Below are positions 39,585-50,179 of a DNA stretch of 64,000 bases, in pieces; position 1 is the first letter of the stretch; every line of letters begins with the position of its first letter. A model generated the notes under the pieces. That model had not been told where the DNA came from and did not search any database. It saw nothing but the letters and a program-made list of their open reading frames with translations. The position numbers and the translations under genes are program-made. Source of the stretch: Candidatus Eiseniibacteriota bacterium (GTDB taxonomy: Bacteria; Eisenbacteria; RBG-16-71-46; SZUA-252); the NCBI GenBank assembly GCA_963703225.1, contig OY969801.1:1195096-1259095 (forward strand), given 5' to 3'.

Positions 39585-40601
39585 ATGTCCGAGCGGTTGA
39601 GCACCGGCGCGCGGGGGCGCGTCGGGGCGGCTACGGGACCGATGATCCGGGAGGTCGAACCCCTCCCGGTGCTCCGGGTAGAGGGCCTCACGAAGGTCTA
39701 CCGGGATCCGATGACCCTCCGGCCGTTCACCGCGGTGGAGGGCGTCTCGCTCTCGCTGACGCGAGGGGAGATCTTCGGCCTCCTCGGTCCGAATGGAGCC
39801 GGCAAGACGACCACGATCAAGTTGATCCTCGGGCTCGGCAAGCCGACGGAAGGGTCGATCCGGATCGATGGCCGGGATCCACGCGAGCCTGCGGCTCGCC
39901 GTCGCCTTGGGTACCTTCCGGAAAATCCCTGCTTCTACGACCATCTGTCGGCAACCGAATATCTCGAACTGGCTGGCTCACTCTTCGGGCTCGACGCACG
40001 CTCCGCGCGGCGTCGCGGCGAGGCGCTTCTCGAGCGCTTCGGGCTTGCCTCCCACGCGCGGAAGCCACTCCGCAAATTCTCCAAGGGGATGACGCAGCGA
40101 CTCGGCCTGGCGCAGGCGCTCCTCAACGAGCCGACCTTTCTGGTCCTCGACGAGCCGATGTCCGGCCTCGATCCCATCGGCCGCGCCGAGGCGAAGCAGA
40201 TCCTCCGCGAGGAGCGGATGCGCGGCGCCACGATTCTCATGTCGAGCCACGTGCTGGCGGAGACCGAGTCGATCTGCGACCGGATCGGAATCATGAACTC
40301 CGGGAAGTTGCTCGAGGTGGGACCCGTTCGCGGGCTCCTCGCGACGGGCGTTCGCGAGTGGGAGATCGCGGTGGAGTCGTTGCCCGAGGCCACTGCCGGA
40401 GCGCTCCGGGCCGCGGGGCATGGGGTCGAGTCGGCGGGGACCCGCCGCATGATCCGCGTGGTCGACGGGAGAGCGCTCCAAGACGTGCTCAAGGCGCTGA
40501 CTCAGAGCGACATTTTCGTGCATGCGGTGGAGCCTCGTCGCGAGACGCTCGAAGAGCATTTCGTGAGGACACTCCACGGCGATGGAACGGCGCGCCCATG
40601 A
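39585..40601 (+). CDS. ABC transporter ATP-binding protein (ABC-2 type; PilH-like position in pil locus)
   Basis: Walker A GPNGAGKTT, signature FSKGMTQRL, Walker B FLVLDEPMSGLD, H-loop. Confidence 0.85.
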   Translation: MSERLSTGARGRVGAATGPMIREVEPLPVLRVEGLTKVYRDPMTLRPFTAVEGVSLSLTRGEIFGLLGPNGAGKTTTIKLILGLGKPTEGSIRIDGRDPREPAARRRLGYLPENPCFYDHLSATEYLELAGSLFGLDARSARRRGEALLERFGLASHARKPLRKFSKGMTQRLGLAQALLNEPTFLVLDEPMSGLDPIGRAEAKQILREERMRGATILMSSHVLAETESICDRIGIMNSGKLLEVGPVRGLLATGVREWEIAVESLPEATAGALRAAGHGVESAGTRRMIRVVDGRALQDVLKALTQSDIFVHAVEPRRETLEEHFVRTLHGDGTARP

Positions 40602-41365
40602 ACCGCATGCTCGCCGTGGCTCGAAACACGGTCCGGGAGGTGCTGCGCGAGCGGATCGTCCTCATCCTCGCGCTCTTCGGCGTGGCGCTCGTCGCCGCCT
40701 CTCAGGTGCTTTCGCCCCTGGCGCTCGGCGAAGGGCGGAAGGTGGTCACCGATTTCGGACTGGCCGGCTCGGCGCTCCTCGCGACCCTCTGCGTCGTGTT
40801 CCTGGGATCAAGTCTCCTGTACAAGGAGCTGGATCGCCGGACGATCTATGCCGTGATGGCCAAGCCGATCCACCGCGCGGAATTCCTGTTCGGGAAATTC
40901 GTCGGTCTCTGGGCGACCACGGGGTTCCTTCTGGTGGGGATGACGGTCATCCTGCTCGCGCTACTCACCGTGGTGCACCGCGAGACGCCCTGGAATCTTC
41001 TTGGGTCGCTCCTGCTCACGCTGATCGAGCTGGGGATCGTCACGGCACTCGTGATCTTCTTCTCATCGTTCACCACCCCGGGGCTCACGGCCTTCTTCAC
41101 GATCGCGGTCGTCGTGGCAGGCAACTTCGCGGATGAGTTCCTCTACTTCGGCGTGCAGGGCGGCTCGCCGCTCGTCGCGGGCGTGACGGGATTCTTCTAC
41201 TGGCTGGTTCCGCACCTCACTGTCTTCAACGCGCGCGGCCTGGTCACGCACGGAATCCTGGTCCCGCCGGAACGGCTCGCGTTTGCCGCGGCGTATGGAC
41301 TCCTCTACATGGGAGCGCTCCTGGCCGCCGCGGCCGCGATCTTCGAGCGGCGGGAATTCCGATGA
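40598..41365 (+). CDS. ABC-2 family transporter permease (PilI-like position)
   Basis: six predicted TM helices; ATGA overlap with ATPase gene. Confidence 0.7.
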   Translation: MNRMLAVARNTVREVLRERIVLILALFGVALVAASQVLSPLALGEGRKVVTDFGLAGSALLATLCVVFLGSSLLYKELDRRTIYAVMAKPIHRAEFLFGKFVGLWATTGFLLVGMTVILLALLTVVHRETPWNLLGSLLLTLIELGIVTALVIFFSSFTTPGLTAFFTIAVVVAGNFADEFLYFGVQGGSPLVAGVTGFFYWLVPHLTVFNARGLVTHGILVPPERLAFAAAYGLLYMGALLAAAAAIFERREFR

Positions 41366-42036
41366 CACGAGTTCTTGGCCGGGCGTCCGCGCTCGCGCCG
41401 TTCGCCATCGCGTTGACTCTCCTCGTGAGCGCCGATGTTCTTCACGGTGCCGCAAAGGGCCAGCTTCGCCGGAGCAGCGAGGACGAGCTGCTCTACTACC
41501 CGTCGGGGCTCATGGTCCGCCAAGCGTCGCTCGGCTATGAGACCGCTGCGGCCGACATCGCGTGGCTCCGCGGCATCCAGTACTACGGCGAGCACCGTCT
41601 CACCGACCTGAAGTTCGACATGATCGGGCACGTCATGGAGATCGTGGCCGACCTCGACCCGGCGTTCATCCAGCCCTACATCTTTGGAGCGTTCGTGCTC
41701 GCGCAGGAGATGCACGAGCCGCAGCGAGGGCTGGCGCTCCTGGAGCGGGGCCGGATGGCGAACCCCGAGAACTGGGAGCTGGCCTTCGAGATCGGATTCC
41801 TCCACTACGTCTGCCTCCACAACGATCGGGCCGCGGCGACCTACTTCACCTGGGCGAGCCGCCTTCCGAATCATCCCGAGTACGTGGAGCGGTTCGCGGC
41901 GTTCGCGAACCGGAAGGCAGGAAATCACGCAATGGCGATCCTGCTCTGGAAGCGGGTGCTCGCGACCGGGAACACCTACATGCAGGAGGTCGCGCAGCGC
42001 GAGCTCAACGATCTCGAGGGAGGATCTGCGCGATGA
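41362..42036 (+). CDS. hypothetical helical-repeat protein cotranscribed with ABC transporter and pilD
   Basis: signal-peptide-like N-terminus, overlapping start/stop with both neighbours. Confidence 0.5.
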   Translation: MTRVLGRASALAPFAIALTLLVSADVLHGAAKGQLRRSSEDELLYYPSGLMVRQASLGYETAAADIAWLRGIQYYGEHRLTDLKFDMIGHVMEIVADLDPAFIQPYIFGAFVLAQEMHEPQRGLALLERGRMANPENWELAFEIGFLHYVCLHNDRAAATYFTWASRLPNHPEYVERFAAFANRKAGNHAMAILLWKRVLATGNTYMQEVAQRELNDLEGGSAR

Positions 42037-42809
42037 TGACGGGCTCGGCATTTGTCCAGGCGACGGCCTTTGTGGTCGGCCTTGTCTTCGGCAGCTTCCT
42101 CAACGTCGTCATCGCGCGCTTACCGCGCGGGGAGTCGATCGTCCGGCCCGCGTCGCGGTGTCCGCGGTGCCGCAAGCCGGTCCGGCCATGGGACAACGTG
42201 CCGGTTCTCTCCTATCTGATTCTCCGCGGCCGGTGCCGCGACTGCGGGAAGCGAATTCCGCTTCGCTACCCGGTCATCGAACTCTCCGCGGGTGTCCTGT
42301 TGTGGCTCCTCGCGCGGCAGGTGGCGCATCCGCTGCTCCTGGTACCCCAGGCCGCATTCCTGCTAACGCTCTTGGCCGTGGCCTGGATCGACCTCGACAC
42401 CCGAACGATCCCGGACGTGTTCACGATCCCCGGGGTGGGGCTCGGCCTCGCCGCGAGCCTCTTCGGTCCCCCCGGCCTCGGGGCTTCGCTCCTCGGCGCG
42501 GCGGCCGGCGGCGCGAGCCTCTGGTTGGTCGGTTATGCCTATGAAAGGGCGACGGGCGTTCCCGGGATGGGCGGCGGAGACGTGAAGTTGGCGGCAATGA
42601 TGGGAGCGTTCCTTGGCGCCGCCGGTGTCTTCGGCGCAATCTTCTTGGCTTCGCTCGCCGGCTCCGTGTTCGGCGCCCTCCTCATCGCGAGGGGGAAGGG
42701 ATCCCGCCGCAGCGCCATTCCTTTTGGAACGTTCCTGGCTCCCTCGGCGATGGTGCTCCTGCTCTACGGCGACAGGCTCTACGGTTGGTATCGAACCCTG
42801 ATCCCTTGA
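42033..42809 (+). CDS. pilD: prepilin peptidase / N-methyltransferase PilD (A24 family)
   Basis: tetracysteine CPRC...CRDC, catalytic Asp regions (AWIDLD; GGGDVKL), 8 TM segments. Confidence 0.85.
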   Translation: MMTGSAFVQATAFVVGLVFGSFLNVVIARLPRGESIVRPASRCPRCRKPVRPWDNVPVLSYLILRGRCRDCGKRIPLRYPVIELSAGVLLWLLARQVAHPLLLVPQAAFLLTLLAVAWIDLDTRTIPDVFTIPGVGLGLAASLFGPPGLGASLLGAAAGGASLWLVGYAYERATGVPGMGGGDVKLAAMMGAFLGAAGVFGAIFLASLAGSVFGALLIARGKGSRRSAIPFGTFLAPSAMVLLLYGDRLYGWYRTLIP

Positions 42810-42842
42810 GACCGGCCGCGCCGACGGCGTGAGTCTGCGGAG

Positions 42843-43358
42843 ATGAAATCGATGAAACCCGATCCGGCTTTGGGCCCCGGCGGCGAGCCGCGCGGTGGGC
42901 GATGGTTCCGAATTCAGGACCTCGCGGTCGCCCTCCTGCTCTCCGGAATCGTGACGGCCATCGCGGTGCCGGGAATCAATCGCTTCATGAGAAGCCTGGA
43001 CCTGAACAAGCAGGTCCAGCAGGTGGCGACGATGTTCCGCGTGGCGCGCCAGCGGGCGATCACCGATAACAACGCCTATGTCGTCTGGTGGAGCCCAGCC
43101 CAACGGGGTTGGGGATGGTGGGACGACGACAATGACAACGGGGTGAAGGACCCGACCGAGGCGGGGCAGGATCCGGTCCCGCTCCCGTCGTGGGTGGTCG
43201 TCTCGCCGTCGAGCACCAACCGGTTTCCCTCCGATTCGCTCCGATTCGCACCCGACGGGGGCGCCAGTGCCTCCGGCACCGTGACGCTCTCCAATTCAGA
43301 CGGCTACACGCGTTCGTTGTCGGTGGTCCGGCCGACGGGGATGGTGACGGTTCAGTGA
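42843..43358 (+). CDS. minor pilin / pseudopilin-like protein (GspH/FimT-like) with degenerate prepilin leader
   Basis: N-terminal ...GGRWFRIQDLAVALLLSGIVTAIAVPG resembles G|F(T)LxEL prepilin helix; small 171-aa protein in minor-pilin position. Confidence 0.5.
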   Translation: MKSMKPDPALGPGGEPRGGRWFRIQDLAVALLLSGIVTAIAVPGINRFMRSLDLNKQVQQVATMFRVARQRAITDNNAYVVWWSPAQRGWGWWDDDNDNGVKDPTEAGQDPVPLPSWVVVSPSSTNRFPSDSLRFAPDGGASASGTVTLSNSDGYTRSLSVVRPTGMVTVQ

Positions 43359-44182
43359 ACCCCCCTCCTGGCGTCGCGCCTTCCGGATTCGGTCGGCCGG
43401 CGACGGCCCACGAGCCGGCATGGACCCGCACGAACGTGGTCGCGATCACGGTCGCCATCCTTCTCTTCTGCTTTGTCCTCGGCACGAGCTACGAGAACTA
43501 CCTTCGCGACCAGGTTGCCGAGCAGAACGGCATTGAGCTCGCCGAGGCAAGCCAGAACGCGCGAAACGGCCTCGACCTGCTCGCGGGCGAGCTCCGCGCG
43601 GCGAGCACCGGCCAGGATCCCGCCGCGCGGCCGCCGATTCTTGTCGCTTCCCAGTACCGGATCACCTTCGCCCTCGATCTGAACGAAAACCACCAGATCG
43701 ACCTGGGCGAGGTCGTCACCTACTTTCTCGATCCCAACTGGCGGGAGCGGCCGATTTCGTCGAAGCCCAGTCCCTACGGTTTTGTCCTGCGCCGGAAGGT
43801 GGGATCGCCGGGTGACTCGCTTGCCACGCCGACACTGGGGCACGGGGAGATCGTCGCCTACGGTCTCAGCCAACGCTCCGTCGATCGCGTGACCACCAAG
43901 GACGTGCCTCTCTTTTCCTATCGGGATTCGCACGGGGTTCCGCTCGAGCTTGGCCCCAGCGCGGGGAACGATCCGGCCGGGGTGTTCTTTGGCCGCACCG
44001 TCGTCAGCTCCGATCTGAGCGCGCGGCCGGGGGTGGCCGCCGCCGGCCGCGTGGCGAGCGTGCGAATCCGATTGGTAGCCGAGACCAAGGAGAGGGATCG
44101 CGAGACCGGCCGGTACGACCGGGTCACGGTCGGATCGACCGTCGCCGTCGCCGATGCGCCGCCGGCTCAGGTGGCGCCATGA
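43355..44182 (+). CDS. membrane-anchored pilus-associated protein (PilW-like position)
   Basis: single N-terminal TM (VVAITVAILLFCFVLG) then soluble domain; GTGA overlap upstream, overlap with pilX-like gene downstream. Confidence 0.45.
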   Translation: MNPPPGVAPSGFGRPATAHEPAWTRTNVVAITVAILLFCFVLGTSYENYLRDQVAEQNGIELAEASQNARNGLDLLAGELRAASTGQDPAARPPILVASQYRITFALDLNENHQIDLGEVVTYFLDPNWRERPISSKPSPYGFVLRRKVGSPGDSLATPTLGHGEIVAYGLSQRSVDRVTTKDVPLFSYRDSHGVPLELGPSAGNDPAGVFFGRTVVSSDLSARPGVAAAGRVASVRIRLVAETKERDRETGRYDRVTVGSTVAVADAPPAQVAP

Positions 44183-45447
44183 AGTCCCAGTCGGGGAGCA
44201 TCCTGATCGTGGTGCTTCTGGTCCTGTTTCTCCTGACGTCGCTCGGGATCTCGTACGTCGCGCTCACGCAGGGCGACAAGGGCACCGTCCCCAACCCGAT
44301 GGCCGGCGCCGAAGCGCTCGGCAGCGCGCAGGCCGGCATCTCCGAAGCGCTCGCGCGAATGTCGGTTCCCGGCTCAGCCCTCTACGTCGGCGAGAATGCC
44401 ATGCTCTATCGCCCCGGATGGGGGCGCTATCTGGTGGCCGGCGCGGGAGACTCCGCTCTCGATCCCGAGTACGAGGCGACCGCCAGCGATGGGTTGGACA
44501 ACGACGGCGACGGAGAAATCGACGAGGCCAGCGAGCACTACCCCGAAATTGCATCGCAGCCGATCGGGGCCGCGACCCTCGGCCGCCACGACACACCATG
44601 GGTCAAGGTCCGTTACAAGCTCGACTCGGAGCGGCGCATCGTCCTCTTCGGCGACCACGACGACGATCCTTCGACGCCGCCGATCGAAAATCCGTCCCGC
44701 GGCGTCCCCAAGCTGATCATCACCGCCGCAGGGCGATCGGGCGCCGGCTGGAAGATGGTGACCGTTGAGGCCGTCAAGTGGCCGCTGCCGCCCGCCCCCG
44801 CGGCGCTCTATGTGGAAGGGGATCTCGGCTTCCGCGACGCCGCGTTCCATATCGACGGACGCGACCACGAGGAGCGCGCTCCCCACGACACGATCGCGGG
44901 CGCGCCCGCATTGCCGGGCGTCGCGACGCCGACGGACGCGCGCCCAATCGCGGCGCCGCTCACCGAGCAGCAGGGGGAGGGATTGCGCGGCGTCGGTTCC
45001 GAGCCGAGCGTCCTCGTTTCGAGCACAAATCTGGACTTGAAGGCCATGGCGGCGGCCTGGAGCCGGATCGCAGACATCACCCTCGACGGCGACCAGGTCG
45101 ACCCGAAGGTGCCCTCGTGGGGCTCGAGCAATGATCCGAAGATCGTCCACGTGAAAGGAAACCTGCGTGTCACCGGATTCGGATCGGGAGCCGGCGTGCT
45201 GGTGGTGGACGGCGACCTCGACCTGAGCGGGACGATCAGCTGGACCGGCCTGATCCTCTGTCTCCAAGACGCGCGGATCCGCGGGGGCGGGAACGGGGTC
45301 TCCGTGATCGGATCCGTGCTGGTTCAGGGAAGCATGGCCGGTCGATCGGAGGTCTCCGGCGACGTTTCGATCCTCTACTCCAGCTCGGCCATGCGTCACC
45401 TCGCGGAGCTGACCGGCTACGAAGTCTCCTCATGGATCGATCAGTAG
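44179..45447 (+). CDS. PilX-like pilus assembly protein
   Basis: N-terminus MKSQSGSILIVVLLVLFLLTSLG matches PilX N-terminal domain pattern. Confidence 0.55.
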   Translation: MKSQSGSILIVVLLVLFLLTSLGISYVALTQGDKGTVPNPMAGAEALGSAQAGISEALARMSVPGSALYVGENAMLYRPGWGRYLVAGAGDSALDPEYEATASDGLDNDGDGEIDEASEHYPEIASQPIGAATLGRHDTPWVKVRYKLDSERRIVLFGDHDDDPSTPPIENPSRGVPKLIITAAGRSGAGWKMVTVEAVKWPLPPAPAALYVEGDLGFRDAAFHIDGRDHEERAPHDTIAGAPALPGVATPTDARPIAAPLTEQQGEGLRGVGSEPSVLVSSTNLDLKAMAAAWSRIADITLDGDQVDPKVPSWGSSNDPKIVHVKGNLRVTGFGSGAGVLVVDGDLDLSGTISWTGLILCLQDARIRGGGNGVSVIGSVLVQGSMAGRSEVSGDVSILYSSSAMRHLAELTGYEVSSWIDQ

Positions 45448-45466
45448 CGACGCCGCGGCGTCGCCT

Positions 45467-47594
45467 CTACTGGTACAGCCAGAATCGAAACGCGGAGTAG
45501 TCCCGGCCCGTCTCCTCACCCTCCTGGCCGGCCTGTGCCTCCCGGATCAGCTCGATCTCCGGCCGAGGTCGGGTGATCAGATTGCCGCGCACGGTGAACT
45601 GCGGCTCGACCCAAGCGGTCTCCGACAAGGCGAAGGACCAGGTCCCGGCCGGTTTGCCGTCGACCAGAACCCGAAGCTGGGTCGGATACCACGCGTCGGT
45701 CCGCATCACGATCGTAAGATCGCGACCCGGCTCGGCGGCCGCCCGAAAGCGCTCCGTTCCCCGCACGATCCTGCCTCCATCGGTGAGGGAGCGCGACGGG
45801 AGGCCACGAAATCCGTAGCGCCGGAGCACATCCTTCGCTTCGGGATCGGCCTTCCACTCGTGCCGCCGCTCGTCCTCGAGCCAGGCGAGATCGAGGGAGT
45901 CGGTCAAGCGCAGCGCCCCCAGATCGACGTCCACCTGGACCGGCCGGTCGCCAGGGCGAACGCCGCTCCACGCGGCGGAGTAGACGACCATGTCGGTGCC
46001 TCCGCAGATCGTGTTGAGGTCGAGGTGGGCCCGGTAGATCTCGGCTCCCAGGATCCCGCTCTCCGGCCAGTAGTGGAACCAATCCGGGTAGATCACGAGA
46101 TGGGTCGGGAGCCGCTCCGGCGGAAGCCGCCGCACGTGCTCGAAGAGGCAGCCGAGCCCTGAACGGTAGACCCGCGCGAGCCCGGCGGTGGTGATCCCGA
46201 CCAGATCGACCGTCGACCGCCGACCGTAGTAAGCCACGGCGCCGGCGTCGTTCAGCCCGACGATCGCTCCTCTGGGAAGGTTCGCGTCGATCCACCGACC
46301 GAGCTTGACCTGCTGATGCGCGATGTTCTCGCAGTTACGACCGTAGAACTCGACCATGCTTTCGTTCGCCGAGGCCAGGGCTGGCACGCAGATCGCGAGC
46401 GGCGCCAAGCCGGCGATCACCGCGACCGGCCGCCCCACCCAGCGAGGCCATTCTCGCCAGGCCCACCACGCGAGCCTCCCCCAGCCCGCGCCGATCAAGA
46501 GCAGGACGAGCGGGAAGAGCCCCTGTTGGTAGCGAAAGAGGTGAATCTGCCAGTAGAGCGGAAGGGAATTGACGGCGACGCCGACCATGGCGAGGAGGAG
46601 GAGCCCACCGCCTCCGTTCCACGGGCCCTTCCGTGGCCAAAATGAGAGCAGATAGAAGAGGAGCACGCCGACCCCGCTCGCGACCATCAGAGGCGGCAGG
46701 GGACGCTTCTGAGGATCGAGCATCAGGTGTGACAGGTAGACCTGGGCGATGTCGAAGGCGATGGTCGGGGAGTTCCGGATGTACTCCGCCCGGGTTTCCG
46801 CGTACGGCTCCGCGAGAATCGACTTTGCCTGGGAGCTGGTCGATTCGATGCTGCCCGTGACGGCCAGATTGACCAGGAACGGGAGCGCGCACGCGGCGAC
46901 CGGCAGGAGGAGAATTGACGAGGGGAATCGGCCCGTTCCGACCTTCTGGGATGCTCGCAGGAGGGCCCACGCCATGAGCAATCCAAACACAAGGCAAAGG
47001 ATCGCCCCTTCGGGCCGCGCTCCGGCGAGGACGAAGAGCCACCATCGGAGCGTGGGAAACCGCGCCTCCGCCCGCTCCCGCAGGTAGGCATCGACGGTGG
47101 CCAGAAGCACGGTGCCGTAGAGGGCGATCTCCATCCCGCTGAAATATCCCCAGAGTAGGTGAGGGCTGGCGAGGAAGAGCCCCGCGCTGATGATCCCCCC
47201 CGCCGGCCCGCCCAGCCTGTTTCCGAGCCGGCCCACGAGGAGCGTGCTCGCGGCGTAGAACGCCGCCCCCAGGGCAAGAACCCAGGCGATGCAGATCTCC
47301 GGCGCCAAGCGGAGGAGGTGAGGCGGCAGCAGCAGGAGGGGGTACCAGAGGCTGGTCGACCCCGTGGTCGGGTCGTTCCCCGGGGTGTAGACGAAGGGAT
47401 GCCCCTCGGCGATCGCGCGGGAGTACTGCATATAGATGAAGCTGTCGTCCAGCGGGAGCGCCACGGGCGCCGCCCGTGATCGCGCGCTCGGCTCCCAGGA
47501 GCCGGGCCAGCTGGAACAAGGACCAGGCGACGACCGCCAGGGTCAGAATCAGTCGCCCGTGGCGTCCCACCCAGCCCTCGATCGGGCCGCTCAT
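45467..47594 (-). CDS. polytopic membrane protein, GT-C-fold (PMT/ArnT/arabinosyltransferase-like) glycosyltransferase candidate with C-terminal periplasmic domain; frameshift near 47450
   Basis: about 10 hydrophobic helices in N-terminal 400 aa, soluble 250-aa C-terminus; N-terminal 45 aa (MSGPIEGWVGRHGRLILTLAVVAWSLF...) lie in a different minus-strand frame (ORF 46335..47594). Confidence 0.45.
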
Positions 47595-47953
47595 CTCATG
47601 AAGAAGTTGCGAAAGATCGGGGCGCCGCGCGCCGATGCATCGGACATGGGCGGCAACGTAGCAAAGGGCCCGAGGTCGGTCAACGCAACCGACCGACCGA
47701 CCGGCCGCAACTCATCCGCCCGCATTTGCTCGGTGGCCAGACGATTTCCGGTTCGTGCGGGATGCACGGCCCCGGATCGTCGGCGAGCGCAAAGCGCGGC
47801 ACCGGGCGCACGACAGCGTAAGGCCTTAAGCGAGCTAGACTTACGTTGCAGGATTGGGGAGTCGTGGCATGGAACTTGCTCGATCCAGCCGCGTCGATCC
47901 CCTCGCGTCGGGTGCAGGGGTAGCGGCATCCCACAACAACTCGGAGCGCGACC

Positions 47954-48985
47954 ATGTTCGGCAAGAAGAAGAAGAGCACGATCGGCCTCGACATCGGTTC
48001 GAGCTCGATCAAGGTCGTCGAAATCGCGCACGACCGGACGGGAGACCGCCTGGTCAATTACGGAATTTCGGAGCCGCTCTCCGAGGCGATCGTGGACGGC
48101 GAAATCATGGACCGCCAGATGGTCCACGAAGCGATCACCAACCTCCTGGAATCCCGCCAGATCAAGAACAAGAACGTCGTGACCGCGGTCTCGGGTCGCG
48201 CCGTCATCGTGAAGAAAATTCTAATGGCCCGCCTCAACGAGGAGGACGCCAAGGAGGCGATCCAGTGGGAGGCGGAGCAGCACGTCCCTTACGACATCAA
48301 CGACGTCTCGCTCGACTTCCAGATCATCAATCCGGACGTCGACCAGAAGAAGATGCAGGTGCTCCTGGTCGCCGCCAAGAAGGAGATGATCCAGAACCAC
48401 GCCGAGATCATCCGCGAAGCGGGCCTTTCGCCGGTCATCATCGACGTCGACTCCTTCGCGATCCAGAACGCGGTCGAGGCGGCGTACGACCTCGCCCCTG
48501 GTGAGACGGTGGCGCTCCTCAACATCGGGGCTGAAATCACCAACCTGAACATCGTCCGGGATGGGGTCCCGCACTTCACCAAGGACCTGTCGGTGGGCGC
48601 GAACTCCTTCGTGGAGGGTATCCAGCGCCGCCACAACGTGAGCCAGGCGGAGGCTCTGAACGCGCTCCGCGGGCGCGGTGACGGCGAGATCGACGTCGCG
48701 TCCATCGTCCAGACGACCTGCGAGGATCTCTCGGTCCAGATCGATCGGGCCGTCGCGTTCCTCAAATCGGCCGGGGACGCGGACCGGGTCGATCGCATCC
48801 TCGTTTCCGGCGGCAGCGCGCGGGTGCCCGGCATCACCGAGTTCCTCCGCGCCCGGCACCAGGTTCCGGTGGACGTCGTGAACCCGATTCAGAGATTGAG
48901 CTACGACCCGGGCCTCTTCGGCGGCGAGTCGCCGGAGAGTGTCGCCCCGGTCCTGACCGTGGCCATCGGCCTCGCGCTGCGATAG
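47954..48985 (+). CDS. pilM: type IV pilus assembly protein PilM (actin-like ATPase fold)
   Basis: N-terminal GLDIGSSSIKVVE, overall PilM length/blocks, followed by pilNOPQ. Confidence 0.9.
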   Translation: MFGKKKKSTIGLDIGSSSIKVVEIAHDRTGDRLVNYGISEPLSEAIVDGEIMDRQMVHEAITNLLESRQIKNKNVVTAVSGRAVIVKKILMARLNEEDAKEAIQWEAEQHVPYDINDVSLDFQIINPDVDQKKMQVLLVAAKKEMIQNHAEIIREAGLSPVIIDVDSFAIQNAVEAAYDLAPGETVALLNIGAEITNLNIVRDGVPHFTKDLSVGANSFVEGIQRRHNVSQAEALNALRGRGDGEIDVASIVQTTCEDLSVQIDRAVAFLKSAGDADRVDRILVSGGSARVPGITEFLRARHQVPVDVVNPIQRLSYDPGLFGGESPESVAPVLTVAIGLALR

Positions 48986-48993
48986 GGGGATCC

Positions 48994-49545
48994 ATGATTC
49001 GCATCAACCTACTGCCCCGCGAAGAACGACAGGTTCGCCACAACATCGCGCTGCCGAAGCTGGGCACGCTGATGCCGGTCTTCGTGCTGCTCCTGGTCGC
49101 GGCCCTCTTCGCCGCGTTCTCGGTGATCCAGACGCTCCAGGTCGGCCGGCTCAGGGCCGACATCGCGCGTGCCCAGCAGGAGGCCGACAAGCTTCGTCCT
49201 CAGATCGAGACGATCAAGGATCTGACCCAGAAGCGGGAGGAGCTGCAGCGGCGCCTCAATGTCATCGCCAACCTCGACAAGAACCGCCTCTGGCGGGTCA
49301 AGCTGGTCGACGAGCTGTCGCGATGCGTTCCGGAGCATCTCTGGTTGACGAATTACGAGGAGACGTCGGCGAACACGGTCAAGATCGAGGGGGTCACGTT
49401 CTCGAATCTTCTCGTGGCCGACTTCATGTCACGGCTGGAGGCGTCGCCTCTCTACGGAACCGTCGACCTCGTGGTGGCGGAAAAGGGAACGATCGATCAG
49501 CGGACAGTCGTGAAGTTCACGATCACCGCCAACATGACGCTCTAG
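48994..49545 (+). CDS. pilN: type IV pilus assembly protein PilN
   Basis: MIRINLLPRE N-terminus, single TM, coiled coil. Confidence 0.85.
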   Translation: MIRINLLPREERQVRHNIALPKLGTLMPVFVLLLVAALFAAFSVIQTLQVGRLRADIARAQQEADKLRPQIETIKDLTQKREELQRRLNVIANLDKNRLWRVKLVDELSRCVPEHLWLTNYEETSANTVKIEGVTFSNLLVADFMSRLEASPLYGTVDLVVAEKGTIDQRTVVKFTITANMTL

Positions 49546-49570
49546 GCGGGACGACGCGCAGGGGAGAGCG

Positions 49571-50179
49571 ATGGACCTCAAGGATCCGAAAACTCAGAAG
49601 CTGATCCTGATCGTGGCGGGCACGGCGGCCCTCGTCTACTTCTACGTATTCGCCGACTTCGTCCCGTACAACTACAAGTCGCGGGCGGCCCAGATCAGCG
49701 GGCTGAAGTCGGAGTACACGAAGAAGATGAATGAGCTGACCAAGGCGCAGCAGCTGGTCAACCGGCTGCCGGAGCTGAAGCGGGAGTTCGCGCTTCTGAA
49801 CCAGCGCTGGCAGGTGGCGCAGGAGCTCCTGCCCACCCAGAAGGAAGTCGCGAGCCTGCTTCGCAAGGTCACCATGGCCGGCCAGGAATCGGGGGTCAAG
49901 TTCGTGCTCTTCAAGCCGGCGGGGACCAATCCCATGACCGACTTCACGGAGAACCCCGTCCAGGTGACCGTGACCGGTGGATACCATCACGCTGGAGCGT
50001 TCTTCGGTGAGATCGCCGAGTTGTCGCGATTGGTGAACGTCTCGCAACTCCGCATGAAGGGATTTGACAAGGGCGAGCTGGATGACACGGTCCAGGCCGA
50101 GTTCGTCGCCACCGCTTACACGCTGGCCGAGAGGAAACCCAATGAACCTGCCAAGCAGCCTAGCGCTGCCGCAAAGTAA
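49571..50179 (+). CDS. pilO: type IV pilus assembly protein PilO
   Basis: single TM + coiled-coil + C-terminal ferredoxin-like region; position. Confidence 0.8.
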   Translation: MDLKDPKTQKLILIVAGTAALVYFYVFADFVPYNYKSRAAQISGLKSEYTKKMNELTKAQQLVNRLPELKREFALLNQRWQVAQELLPTQKEVASLLRKVTMAGQESGVKFVLFKPAGTNPMTDFTENPVQVTVTGGYHHAGAFFGEIAELSRLVNVSQLRMKGFDKGELDDTVQAEFVATAYTLAERKPNEPAKQPSAAAK

